DNA from: Paraphysomonas bandaiensis
Taxonomy: Eukaryota; Protista; Chrysophyceae
Direction of reading: 5' to 3'
Length of the DNA stretch: 64,000 bases
Assembly (NCBI GenBank): GCA_965644295.1
Contig: CBFFRP010000363.1
Coordinates: 634,950 to 698,949, forward strand
Positions 36,601 through 46,665 of this stretch are shown here, piece after piece; position 1 is the first letter of the stretch, and each line of letters starts with the position of its first letter. The notes below the pieces were generated by a model, which ran no database searches, was not told where the DNA came from, and saw only the letters and a list, made by a program, of their open reading frames with translations. Position numbers and translations under genes: made by a program.

Positions 36601-39432
36601 TAGACCTATGAGATATTTGAAACTTTCTACTGTCCTGGAGGTCTCATTCTCTCTGAAGATCTCATTTATCTCCTTAAAATATCTCTTATCCGCTGGTGGA
36701 ACACATTCGTTGAAAAATACATGTCCTGATATAACAAAGTCTCTTAATGCGGGAACAAAGACTATATATCCAGGACCATCCTCTCGATAGCCCATAAAAT
36801 ACCCTGGCCAGCTATGTCTGTCCCAGTTGTTCTTTCGGAGACTGGAATCGATATTCACAAAGCATTTACATCCCCATATTCTGGCATAACTCAAGTCTGG
36901 TATTTCGTTTTCGATGAATTGGAGTGGGGACATGAATCCTTTAGCAGTTTTGCAAGGTAGTCTGTTCTTCATGTGTGTGGATGTCTTCATGGCTTGTTCC
37001 CAGAAATTCGTTGGAAGACCTGAATCCATCAAGCTACTAAGTGCTCGTTCTTTGATGGTTCTCCATGGTCGCTCTTGAAATGGGTTGTCCTCGGGAGTAT
37101 AGGGAGCGTTAAAAGTCCATGTTGCTCCAATGTATTGGAGATATTCCAATACTTTTCGTGAGACTAGTTCCTTCCCTCCATCGGCATGGTAATGTTGTAG
37201 TTGTTTACCCCTACTGCGTAGATACGTGACGACTTTCTGGATGGATTGGATAACGAAATTTTCATCTCTTGTTGTTCCGTAGAAATCCCACTGGTACCTT
37301 GATGCTACATCGGCGATCCCAAGTACATATCGATTTCCGGTAATAATTGCATCGGGTGTATGTGGTCCTGAGAAATCGGCTACTATGAGCTCCCCCAGCT
37401 CCTTTGCCCTTCTCATTCTTTTCAACAACATTTGGCGGGTGGCATTCCTGTGCTTTCGTCTATGTGATTTCCCAGTCGCACATCCATCGCATAAACCGCC
37501 AGGTAGGGAGGCAACACTCATCTCCTCTTTTGTCATCTTGACACCAGTTATTAGACGTGATTTTATTGCCTTCTGTATGAGTCCAAGTGATGCATGTGCT
37601 AGTCTCTTATGTGCTAACAGTGCGGGTTGACCTGAGGCAGTTGATGCGAGGTGAGATTCATCAGTGGGAATACCGAGGTCTGATAGTGGAATTTCGTATA
37701 GGCCTCCAACGCGCTGGCCTTTCGATAGCAATATGCCGTCTTTAAATATTTCCACTGACTGGTTTCTGAATATGATTTCATGTCCGAGATCATCCAGTTG
37801 GCTAATAGAAATGAGGGTCCTAGACGCTTGGTCCACGTGTTTGCACTTGGGAATGATTCCAAGTCTTCCATGACCTGAGGATATCATTGTAGACCCTGAT
37901 TTGGCTGTTTGAATCTCGGTGAGGCAATCAGTGTAGTCCGTAAGGTAGCTTGCTTCTGATGTAATTGATACTGTGCACCCCGAGTCAAGAGATCCCATTC
38001 CTGCCTTTTGGTCACTAACGAAGTGTGATTCATCGCTCGGTGTGTAAGCAACTCCTCCGTAGTCTCGTCCTTTTTGATAGTCTGACGATGGACCGCTGTC
38101 TTCATAATTTGCAAGTTGATCAGAGTGGTCGTGGAAATATTCGTTACTCTGAGTCTGGAATTTCACTCTCTTGAATTTCGGTTTTCCTCTTGTTGATGAC
38201 TTGTTGTCGGAGGAGCTTTTCATCTCTTGAATCTTCTCCCAGGAGTGCTTGCATTCCGATGCAATGTGCCCCTTTCCTCCGCATCTGAAGCACTTAATGT
38301 CTTTATCGGTTCTCTTATCATGTTTCTGTTTATTGGAGCGATATTTGGAAGATGTCCCCCTTTTTCGCTTAAAATTGACTTTGCTGCGGGAAAATGGGGT
38401 TTTTGATGCTGCGAGGTGACTACTGTCAGTTTTTGTGTCTTCATTGTTGGATGATAGGAGCGTTCCAACAGACGAGCTTCCTAACCCGCGAAGTCTGCGA
38501 ATCAATACTTTATAATCATCAATTGGATGTAGCTGCAGATTAATTGCCAATTCTCGGTAAACCATGTTATCTTCTGAAACAATTCCCTGTCGTATTCGGG
38601 ATATTAAGTCTTGGTCGTTGATCCGATGACCATAATTGATAAGCTTGTTTTTGAGTTTTTCGATAGCGTCAAGAAAATTGATTATTGACTGACCTTTTTT
38701 GATTTTTAGGCTCTGAAATTGACCAATCAGGTCGGTGATTACATCATTTGTCGTTTTTTCCTTGAAGTGGGCTAGCAGATCGGTCCAGGCGGTTTTTCCG
38801 TCTCCATCGGGGACGTTTTCCAAAATCCCTTCGGCCTCTTCATCCTGACCAATGACAGCGCTCGAAATGACAGACCATAGGTAGTTATTACCTTCATCAT
38901 AATATCGTTTCGTTTCGTGATACTGGTCGAGTCGATATTGGTAATCTTCGTCATCTGAAATCTCTCCTTCTTCAGGTTCAGTTGGATGATCGTTTTGTAG
39001 GGTATAAACGATCTTGGGCTTTCTGTAAAACCATGCACGGCACTTCTTCTGCCACTTGGAGAAGTTCTTCGCGTCGAACTTTGGCATTGAGTCTTTCTGT
39101 TTTTCGGTTGTTGAATCCGAGTCGGTTGAGTCGTAACTTGTAACTTTAACTGACATCTCGCTACCAAATGAAGAATTGATCTTTATAATAGTAAAACGAT
39201 GTTGTGATTATTAGAGTGTAAGTAAAGAACACGATAGAGTGAAAAATTATGAATAACAATATAGAACGTACTATCATGCACAACGGAATAGTTAGAAGTG
39301 TAACTGATAATGACGACGTTATGATGACGATCACGTATCTTCGACAGATACTCTCTCTAATTCAGTTCATGGTATATTTCATTGAACATTATAACTCACA
39401 GATATAATCATGTATTAAGCTGAATCCTAATA
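33674..39432 (-). mobile_element. Full-length Ty1/Copia LTR retrotransposon
   Basis: Two 266-bp LTRs (33674-33939, 39167-39432) look identical. 5-bp TSD aagca. PBS TGGTAGCGAG (39166-39157, tRNA-iMet-like). PPT TGAGGGGGCG. Confidence 0.98.
34141..39156 (-). CDS. Copia gag-pol polyprotein, 1671 aa, uninterrupted
   Basis: Zn knuckle CFRCGGKGHIASEC, protease LDSGC, HKRLAH..CDGC, integrase core, RT (KARLVAQGFTQ, YVDD) and RNase H (CDSDWA, EAEY, DNKGA, ADLLTKPL), in PR-IN-RT-RH order. Confidence 0.98.
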   Translation of the reverse strand: MSVKVTSYDSTDSDSTTEKQKDSMPKFDAKNFSKWQKKCRAWFYRKPKIVYTLQNDHPTEPEEGEISDDEDYQYRLDQYHETKRYYDEGNNYLWSVISSAVIGQDEEAEGILENVPDGDGKTAWTDLLAHFKEKTTNDVITDLIGQFQSLKIKKGQSIINFLDAIEKLKNKLINYGHRINDQDLISRIRQGIVSEDNMVYRELAINLQLHPIDDYKVLIRRLRGLGSSSVGTLLSSNNEDTKTDSSHLAASKTPFSRSKVNFKRKRGTSSKYRSNKQKHDKRTDKDIKCFRCGGKGHIASECKHSWEKIQEMKSSSDNKSSTRGKPKFKRVKFQTQSNEYFHDHSDQLANYEDSGPSSDYQKGRDYGGVAYTPSDESHFVSDQKAGMGSLDSGCTVSITSEASYLTDYTDCLTEIQTAKSGSTMISSGHGRLGIIPKCKHVDQASRTLISISQLDDLGHEIIFRNQSVEIFKDGILLSKGQRVGGLYEIPLSDLGIPTDESHLASTASGQPALLAHKRLAHASLGLIQKAIKSRLITGVKMTKEEMSVASLPGGLCDGCATGKSHRRKHRNATRQMLLKRMRRAKELGELIVADFSGPHTPDAIITGNRYVLGIADVASRYQWDFYGTTRDENFVIQSIQKVVTYLRSRGKQLQHYHADGGKELVSRKVLEYLQYIGATWTFNAPYTPEDNPFQERPWRTIKERALSSLMDSGLPTNFWEQAMKTSTHMKNRLPCKTAKGFMSPLQFIENEIPDLSYARIWGCKCFVNIDSSLRKNNWDRHSWPGYFMGYREDGPGYIVFVPALRDFVISGHVFFNECVPPADKRYFKEINEIFRENETSRTVESFKYLIGLAHVDPDDGLTYVTTQIKLRKGLIAAYRGLVDDNGDKTRLIQLEDPIHAADVEKYTEDYIELKAVGLKCNTSRSKNPIHKSSKSDRDPDTVNGSPAPDATSRGSGVNLRHHDAAQERISSHRCEPTHSDAKIAKTRPPKKFNGNQVPNPAPHGQVDRVRQRVAKRCNKPADSSGDWENQDTPEGPSKVRATAKQQFLAGKKSVLRSKRMARKRVIVNIHKLGDGVYTCDVNAKHVVNHMAHDTQCISKLHTNNIDIVMHAISNCDDIDELTDTPKSVQDAISGKYKQQWIDAINREISTLQRKGCWRYTALPPGARAIKGKLIFKIKRKQNDIKFKARLVAQGFTQIQGIDYNDTYSPVAKATSLRTIIALSTIMKLKLHQIDFTTAYINADLEEDIYMHPPPGMDVPDGKVLKLMKSIYGLKQAGLNWYKCCTNFMLDMGFTRLISDPCIFKKQINGRIMLIAMYVDDIIIASTSDTDIQQFKDHLSKKFEITDLGLLDYYLGISIHQDFDKNITTLSQEQYVRKLLDKFNMSNSKPMSTPMLLSFNYDLHEYNHLSESNQSYVQNFPYKELVGSLMYLAVCTRPDIAYAVNTLARFSDMPNLTTCNAALHVLRYLKGTAKQGLIYSGSHITLSGYCDSDWARCHLTRRSTTAFTFFIGNCLISWQSRLQTTVALSSTEAEYMALSSAAQEALWLRSLLSEIGFKLPFSTTIWCDNKGAVQLCYNPTHHRRTKHIAIRYHFIRENIAENQLTVDHIPTTSMLADLLTKPLGTTNFLQLRTTLMGGAGFDIPSSSNRKRSTTSETPKSQLTNHKRPRWLV

Positions 39433-39562
39433 AAGCAGCACATTGTTAAAACACTGTTAACGCAGCACACTGTTAAAGCAGCATACTGTTAAAGCAGCAC
39501 ACTGTTAAAGCAGCACACTGTTAAAACACTGTTAAAGCAGCATACTGTTAAAACACTGTTAA
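39433..39562. repeat. Minisatellite, right part (continuation beyond the Copia insertion)
   Basis: Same 16/11-bp units. Removing the Copia element and one TSD restores the unit gttaaagcagcacatt. Confidence 0.95.
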
Positions 39563-40611
39563 CAGTTAATATAATTAAACAGAAACAAAACAAAAATTAA
39601 ATGTTTCTAAACAAAGAAATATATAACTCTGATTATTTGGTTCACTCATGAATCAAATAATTATATTACCTGTGGTGTGATGTCCTACTTTCTACCTATT
39701 ATTATAGAGATATATTCTTCAACCTAGTCAATTTGGTTGAATTTCCTAGTCATACTATTTTCGGTGTAAAAACCTAGTCAAAGCAATAAAATTATTGTAT
39801 TAAACCTAGTCGTGGATTGTACTCGCATATAGCTACGCGTTACAGACCTATAGCTTGACATTACAGGCATATAGCTACGCATAATATAGGAATACCTCGC
39901 TGAGGAGTGGAATGGGGGTACATTCAACGTTGGGGATATATTATTCAACCTAGTCAATTTGGTGGAATTTCCTAGTCATTCCATTTTCGGTGTAAAAACC
40001 TAGTCAAAGCCATAAATGACTCAACCTAGCCAAATATAGTATTAAACCTAGTCGTTCTTATATCCATTGATTACACATTGCGACTGTCTAAGATACGTGC
40101 ACACACCACACAACATATTGATGGCTCGTAGAGCATCACAACAAACATAGCAATTAATTCATATCTACATAACAGTGTATGTGTATGTATATGCAGCATA
40201 TCTGTATAGCTTATTAGTGTACGATGGTCTCTTATCAGTGTTATGAGGAGGAGGAGTGGTCAGTGTAGCTGTGCTGTGGACATACCCCCATGAATATACG
40301 TAGACAGACACCTGGAGATCTTCATACGCTATGAGTGAGATCGCTTCCCTTCCTTCAGCGACTTGCTTGTTGAATGAGCGACTGCTTTGACTTCCAGGAG
40401 GGCATGAATACCCCATGTTTCTAGACCGATTAAGAAAAAAGAGGGGTTTTCATGTCAAAGTCTGTGTATTCGTAAAAACATCACTGAAATGGACGCCTTT
40501 CCAGTAGCAGATCAAACGATGAGGAGTCCGTCGTACAGTGGAGCCCTTTAATCTCTCTGCCACGGGATGGATCTCTGGCAGTCTCCCTCAATAGTCTCTT
40601 GATGATCCCAT

Positions 40612-41686
40612 TATGATATGTACACTGTAGTGATACTGTGACCTCTACACTGCAGTGGTTGTGACCTCTACACTGCAGTGGTTATGATATGTACGCTGCA
40701 GTGGTTATGACCGCTACACTGCCGTGGTTGTGCCCTCTACACTACAGTGGTTGTGCCCTCTACACTGCAGTGGTTACGATATGTACACTGTAGTGATTGT
40801 GCCCTCTACACTGCAGTGGTTGTGGCCTCTACACTGCAGTGGTTATGATATGTACACTGCAGTGGTTATGATATGTACGCTGTAGTGATACTGTGACCTC
40901 TACACTGCAGTGATTATGACCGCTACACTGCAGTGGTTGTGCCCTCTACACTACAGTGGTTGTGCCCTCTACACTACAGTGATTATGACCGCTACACTGC
41001 AGTGGTTGTGCCCTCTACACTACAGTGGTTGTGCCCTCTACACTGCAGTGGTTATGACCTCTACACTACAGTGGTTGTGGCCTCTACACTGCAGTGGTTA
41101 TGATATGTACGCTGTAGTGGTTGTGACCTCTACACTGCAGTGATTATGACCGCTACACTGCAGTGGTTGTGCCCTCTACACTACAGTGGTTGTGCCCTCT
41201 ACACTGCAGTGGTTATGACCTCTACACTGCAGTGGTTATGATATGTACACTACAGTGGTTGTGCCCTCTACACTGCAGTGGTTATGATATGTACACTGCA
41301 GAGGTTACGATATGTACACTGTAGTGATTGTGCCCTCTACACTGCAGTGGTTGTGGCCTCTACACTGCAGTGGTTATGATATGTACACTGCAGTGGTTAT
41401 GATATGTACGCTGTAGTGGTTGTGACCTCTACACTGCAGTGATTATGACCGCTACACTGCAGTGATTATGACCGCTACACTGCAGTGGTTGTGCCCTCTA
41501 CACTACAGTGGTTGTGCCCTCTACACTGCAGTGGTTATGACCTCTACACTGCAGTGGTTATGATATGTACACTACAGTGGTTGTGCCCTCTACACTGCAG
41601 TGATTATGACCGCTACACTGCAGTGGTTGTGCCCTCTACACTACAGTGGTTGTGACCTGTACACTACGGTGGTCGTGACCTGTACA
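40612..41686. repeat. 23-bp minisatellite (tacactgcagtggtt plus variable 8 nt), about 46 units
   Basis: Palindromic core cactgcagtg. The tails gtgccctc, gtgacctc, atgatatg, atgaccgc and gtggcctc recur. Confidence 0.96.
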
Positions 41687-43000
41687 CCGCTGTTGGCCTT
41701 ACTGACTAACCGTACATCCCTTGCGAGGTATGTGCGAGACATATGTTGCCCAGTATATATGTTTACAACCTTGTGAGTGCTAATCATAGTGTTATAGGTA
41801 CCTCAGTACTACAACTGTCCTCGGTTGTGGGACAATAGCCGCTGTTGGCCTTACTGACTATCCGTACATCACTTGCGAGGTATGTGCGAGACATATATTG
41901 TCTGGTATATATGTTTACAATCTTGTGAGTGCTTATCATAGTGTTATAGGTACCTCAGTACTACAACTGTCCTCGGTTGTGGGACAATAGCCGCTGTTGG
42001 CCTTACTGACTATCCGTACATCACTTGCGAGGTATGTGCGAGACATATATTGTCTAGTATATATATTTACAATCTTGTGAGTGCTTATCATAGTGTTATA
42101 GGTACCTCAGTACTACAACTGTCCTCGATTGTGGGACAATAGCCGCTGTTGGCCTTACTGACTATCCGTACATCACTTGTGAGGTATGTGCGAGACATAT
42201 ATTGTCTAGTATATATATTTACAATCTTGTGAGTGCTAATCATAGTGTTATAGGTACCTCAGTACTACAACTGTCCTCGGTTGTGGGACAATAGCCGCTG
42301 TTGGCCTTACTGACTATCCGTACATCACTTGCGAGGTATGTGCGAGACATATATTGTCTAGTATATATATTTACAATCTTGTGAGTGCTTATCATAGTGT
42401 TATAGGTACCTCAGTACTACAACTGTCCTCGATTGTGGGACAATAGCCGCTGTTGGCCTTACTGACTACCCGTACATCACTTGTGAGGTATGTGCGAGAC
42501 ATATATTGTCTAGTATATATATTTACAATCTTGTGAGTGCTAATCATAGTGTTATAGGTACCTCAGTACTACAACTGTCCTCGGTTGTGGGACAATAGCC
42601 GCTGTTGGCCTTACTGACTATCCGTACATCACTTGCGTGGTATGTGCGAGACATATATTGTCTAGTATATATATTTACAATCTTGTGAGTGCTAATCATA
42701 GTGTTATAGGTACCTCAGTACTACAACTGTCCTCGGTTGTGGGACAATAGCCGCTGTTGGCCTTACTGACTATCCGTACATCACTTGTGAGATATGTGCG
42801 AGACATATATTGTCTAGTATATATATTTACAATCTTGTGAGTGCTAATCATTGTGTTATGTACTATCATAGGCACCTCAGTACTACTAATGTCCTCGATT
42901 GTGGAGCAATAGCCCCCTACTATATTTTTTCTCTGTGCAACTGCGTTTCACTGTTGCCTATATGTGCACATCACTTGGGAGGTGTGTACGAGATATATAT
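41687..43000 (+). repeat. 152-bp tandem repeat, about 8.5 copies
   Basis: gtacctcag recurs at 41798, 41950, 42102, 42254, 42406, 42558 and 42710. The last unit is diverged. Confidence 0.97.
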
Positions 43001-43456
43001 TGTCCTGTACATATCTTAATGTTATCGTCAGGGAACTTTATTGTCAAGCTCCATTATGCCTGAAAGGATTTGCGGCAGTCCTTGCAATAATTCGAGTGCC
43101 TGGAGATATGTATATGCTTGGATTGGTGCTGGTATACAAGAGCGAGAAAGGGTTTCGATGGCAGCGTCGGTTCTGTGATGCCCCTGATGAGATATTTGTC
43201 CATCCTAAGATACGATGCTAAAATATATGATGCACATTGCATATTGCATGCATGCAATATTTGTAGAGTATGCTCCCACGTTTGACTAGGTGAATACCCT
43301 ATTCCACCTAGTCAACCTAGTCATTGTAAAGTTAAAAATCTAATTATTTAATGACTAGGTTTTTCAACCTTTTGACTAGGTTTTTACTCCAATTTTGGTG
43401 TGACTAGGAAATTCCACCAAATTGACTAGGTCGAAAAATAGATCCCTTCAACGTTG

Positions 43457-44595
43457 AGGCACCGGGCATACCTGGCCCCGCCCCGCAGAACAATACCTCG
43501 GAGTCATTATTTCGATCTATTAAGCTACAGATACAGGAGAGAGCGGTTATGCCACATTTTCTAGAGGTATCTATCCCTGCTATGTTGAGACATCTGCAAG
43601 AGCAGTACCGGGTCACAAGGGTCAATTTCTTATGTAATGATCAGCTTGTTGCTTTACTGCAACATGATCATGTGCATCGAGAGTGTCTCCTCGGCGCATG
43701 CTCTATTATCGATCCAGGTCCTCAAAACTGCAAACAGATGGGCCTATTAGTGAAGGGTAAAAAGGAAGTTCAGTGGTTAGCAACTCTTATTTATGAAATA
43801 GTATGCGTCATTAATACAAGTTTTAATAGGTATGTTAACTCAAAGAAAAACCTGTTCATTGAACACACATGTGAGAATCGAATGAACAAGTCATTCATAG
43901 ATATGTTCCATTGCGTCAAAGGAAGAGATACGTATCAAGTGGAGGAATGTAGGGAGAGGTAAAATAAATATTGTACTTCTTTTACTAGGTATTAATCACT
44001 CTCTCTATATTATAGATACCTCAGTATGTTTGTTGTTCGGGAAGTTCCTTAGAAAATGAATCGTAGGACCTATACCTCTCTCATTTGCAGCTGTCCGCGG
44101 TTTTGGGACAATGGTCGTTACTACTCCCACTCCCTATCCATACATCACTAACGAGGTATGTGTGTGTCATTTTTATAGCCCCTTAAACATCTTAATTTCT
44201 CCGTAGGGGACATTGATGTAAATCACATGGCGAGCACTATCAGGCCTGCAAGGAAACGCCGCCGGCCTCGCAATAATGCAGCTAGGGCTCTAATCAACGA
44301 TGAATCCGTAGATGTCATGGCACCTAGGCCAGGGGACTGGAAGAACACGTACGTACGACACGCGCAGTACCTGAATGGTATGTGCGTGGATTACCGCGTG
44401 GTACCAAACCACAGAAATGAAAAAATTCTTCGCTGGCAGTGTCGGTTTTCTGATGCTCCTGATCACATCCTGGCTCAACCGAAGATTGTGGGGTTCGATG
44501 CCCATGAAATAAATGAAGATTGCTGTGGAGCTCTACACCGTACTTGGTCATCAGAAACAGCCCAATTTTCATTCGACTGTGACGACGAAGTGTGA
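43457..44595 (+). pseudogene. C-terminal part of a MULE transposase (catalytic Glu region, SWIM finger, C-terminal domain)
   Basis: Joined across the insertion it reads YLAEEWNGGTFNVEAPGIPGPAPQNNTSESLFRSIK (MULE NN..ES...IK motif). Exon 44016-44155 encodes CSCPRFWDNGRYYSH, a SWIM finger with the third Cys lost, and has two stops. Confidence 0.8.
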
Positions 44596-46409
44596 GGTAT
44601 ATAGCTTTTGAATTTTTGAATTTATGGCCACAGTATGCTCCCCTGTTTGACTAGGTGAATACCCACTTCCACCTACTCAACCTAGTCATTGTAATGATAA
44701 AAATCTAATTATTTAATGACTAGGTTTTTCTACCTTTTGACTAGAGGTTTTTACACCAATATTGATGTGACTAGGAAATTCCACTAAATTGACTAGGTCG
44801 AAAAATAGATCCCATTATTATATGAATTGTGTTGTTCCGAGGAATTAGTTTCAGACCTGCTCCACTTTTCCCACCTGGGATACGGAATGCACTTTCTTAC
44901 ACTCCATTCCATCATATGGAGCACAGTTATCAGCAGTTACCCGATATGAACTTACTACAGATGCATATATGACATGATAGAGAAATACATTGTGCTGTGT
45001 ATTTATGCATGAAATCGGAATAAATATTATGCATACAGGATTTTGGCCAAGAAATGACCGCAATGACTGTTCAGAAACAAAATTTTTAATGCGATGAATA
45101 TCCGACCGTCATTCACGAGACATGCGTGGTAACACTACAGGTGTTTTTGTTTCCTTTATCTATTAGTGTATGACTATTTCGCATTGTTTACACCGCTTTC
45201 GTTGTTTTGTTAATTTCATCACACTTCTTGCGCGTGCTTACGTTCTTTTTTATGTTTCCACTGTGTCATACACGGCAGTTGATGCCATGATGGGTGTATC
45301 TTGAAACTGCTCTGATTATAAAGCTTCCCCAATATATGTTTACTAGAATAATCTTGCATGTTTTGGTACGATTCAGTAAAAATATTATCAATTATTATTA
45401 GAAAACTGGCGTTACTGAAAAAAATAAAGTTTTAAGTCAAATTTGATTACTCATTTGTTCACCTCAACAAGCTACACCAAAATTATTGAGTCGATACACC
45501 CTATTTTGTTATTATACATGACACACGTTTATATGAAAGTGGTAGGAATGACCCAATATTGTTCGAGCTACCAATTACTACAAAACGTTTATGAGTGCAG
45601 GGTGCAGATTGTGCTTAACCCCGAAGGTCTCAATCTTTGGGAGAAAAATACCAAAAGTTCAAAGAAAGGTCAATTTGCTGTGGCTAATTATTCAGTATTG
45701 TCTAATTATTTATGTTAAAATTTTGTTCAAAATAGCCATTCTATCACCTGTATCAGCGGTTTGTCTACATCAGTCTACACGTCTACACCACTACAACATT
45801 GGCTCTTGGATAACTTATTCTTTGTCTATGCAGAAAACATTGTTGCTGGTTTGAGCTCATGTTAACTAGATAAAGTCTTGTGAACTAGATAAATTATGAA
45901 TACAGAGGCTTTCTACATATTGTTTTAGCTAATTCAGAGGCGGCCTTGCTGGTTGCATCGGTTTTTGCTTTGCTTTAGATAAACCACATGTGTCAGACTG
46001 GATTTCTATGGCTTACATGCTCAACTCATTTATTATCCTGTGTGAAAGTTTCCATATCTTTCTGATATTATGCCAAATTAATACAAAAGAGTTATGTTAG
46101 TTGTAGAGTACGGTTACGAGAAAAGACAAATAGTTATATATACTACATCACGCATTTCAATACTGCTTACATGATTTATAAAAACGTGCGTATAGTGTAT
46201 ATGGTTTATAATGACCTTTTACACCTCTTCATGGGTGGTTGTCTGCATGAAAACCCTAAACATCGAAATCTAGTCATCGATATCAAGATTACAACGGAAT
46301 GGACGGCGCTAGAGAATTGCTATTCTCTTGAGCTATTTCGACTTATGACACCATGTACAGCTATTGAGAATTGAGAACTCAGTAGTACATGAGTTGACAC
46401 GCATTCGTG

Positions 46410-46572
46410 ATACTATAGAAGTCCAAGTGCAGGATCAGAAGGATTTGTAAAGGTTGCGGTTTGAACTCAGTTGACTAGAGCGTCGGTTTCATAATCAAGT
46501 CAACAATGCGATGAATCTAGCTACTTATCTGGTGCTGATTCTCGACGCCTATTGCTAAAAATAAGACTTTCA
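46410..46572. repeat. Dispersed repeat family X, copy 2
   Basis: About 50-bp near identity with 4626-4676. Confidence 0.65.
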
Positions 46573-46665
46573 TATAGGATTTGTAATGAACCACAGTATT
46601 TAAACCATACTCAACTATACAATTCGTAAATCATGAAAATAAACTGATAATGAGAGGTCTAAACA

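Larger units (their letters stand above)
39933..43446 (+). mobile_element. Inner MULE element of the same TIR family, nested in the outer copy
   Basis: Same TIRs. 10-bp TSD ttcaacgttg (39923-39932, 43447-43456). Retains KGFRWQRRFCDAPDEIFVHPKI, homologous to KILRWQCRFSDAPDHILAQPKI in the outer copy. Confidence 0.92.
39707..44813 (+). mobile_element. Outer non-autonomous Mutator (MULE) element
   Basis: Imperfect long TIRs G(A/G)GAT.TATT.TTC.ACCTAGTCAATTT.GT.GAATTTCCTAGTCA. 9-bp TSD attattata (39698-39706, 44814-44822). Carries 3' transposase exons. Confidence 0.9.

Noticed and set aside
40612-43000. CRISPR-like appearance of the 23-bp and 152-bp arrays
   Set aside because: The variable parts are a few recurring 8-nt tails or near-identical units, not unique spacers. 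There are no cas genes and the context is eukaryotic.
45040-45340. Minus-strand KRCKQC patch suggestive of a piggyBac Cys-rich tail
   Set aside because: Too short and degenerate, and no TIR or TTAA boundaries were found.
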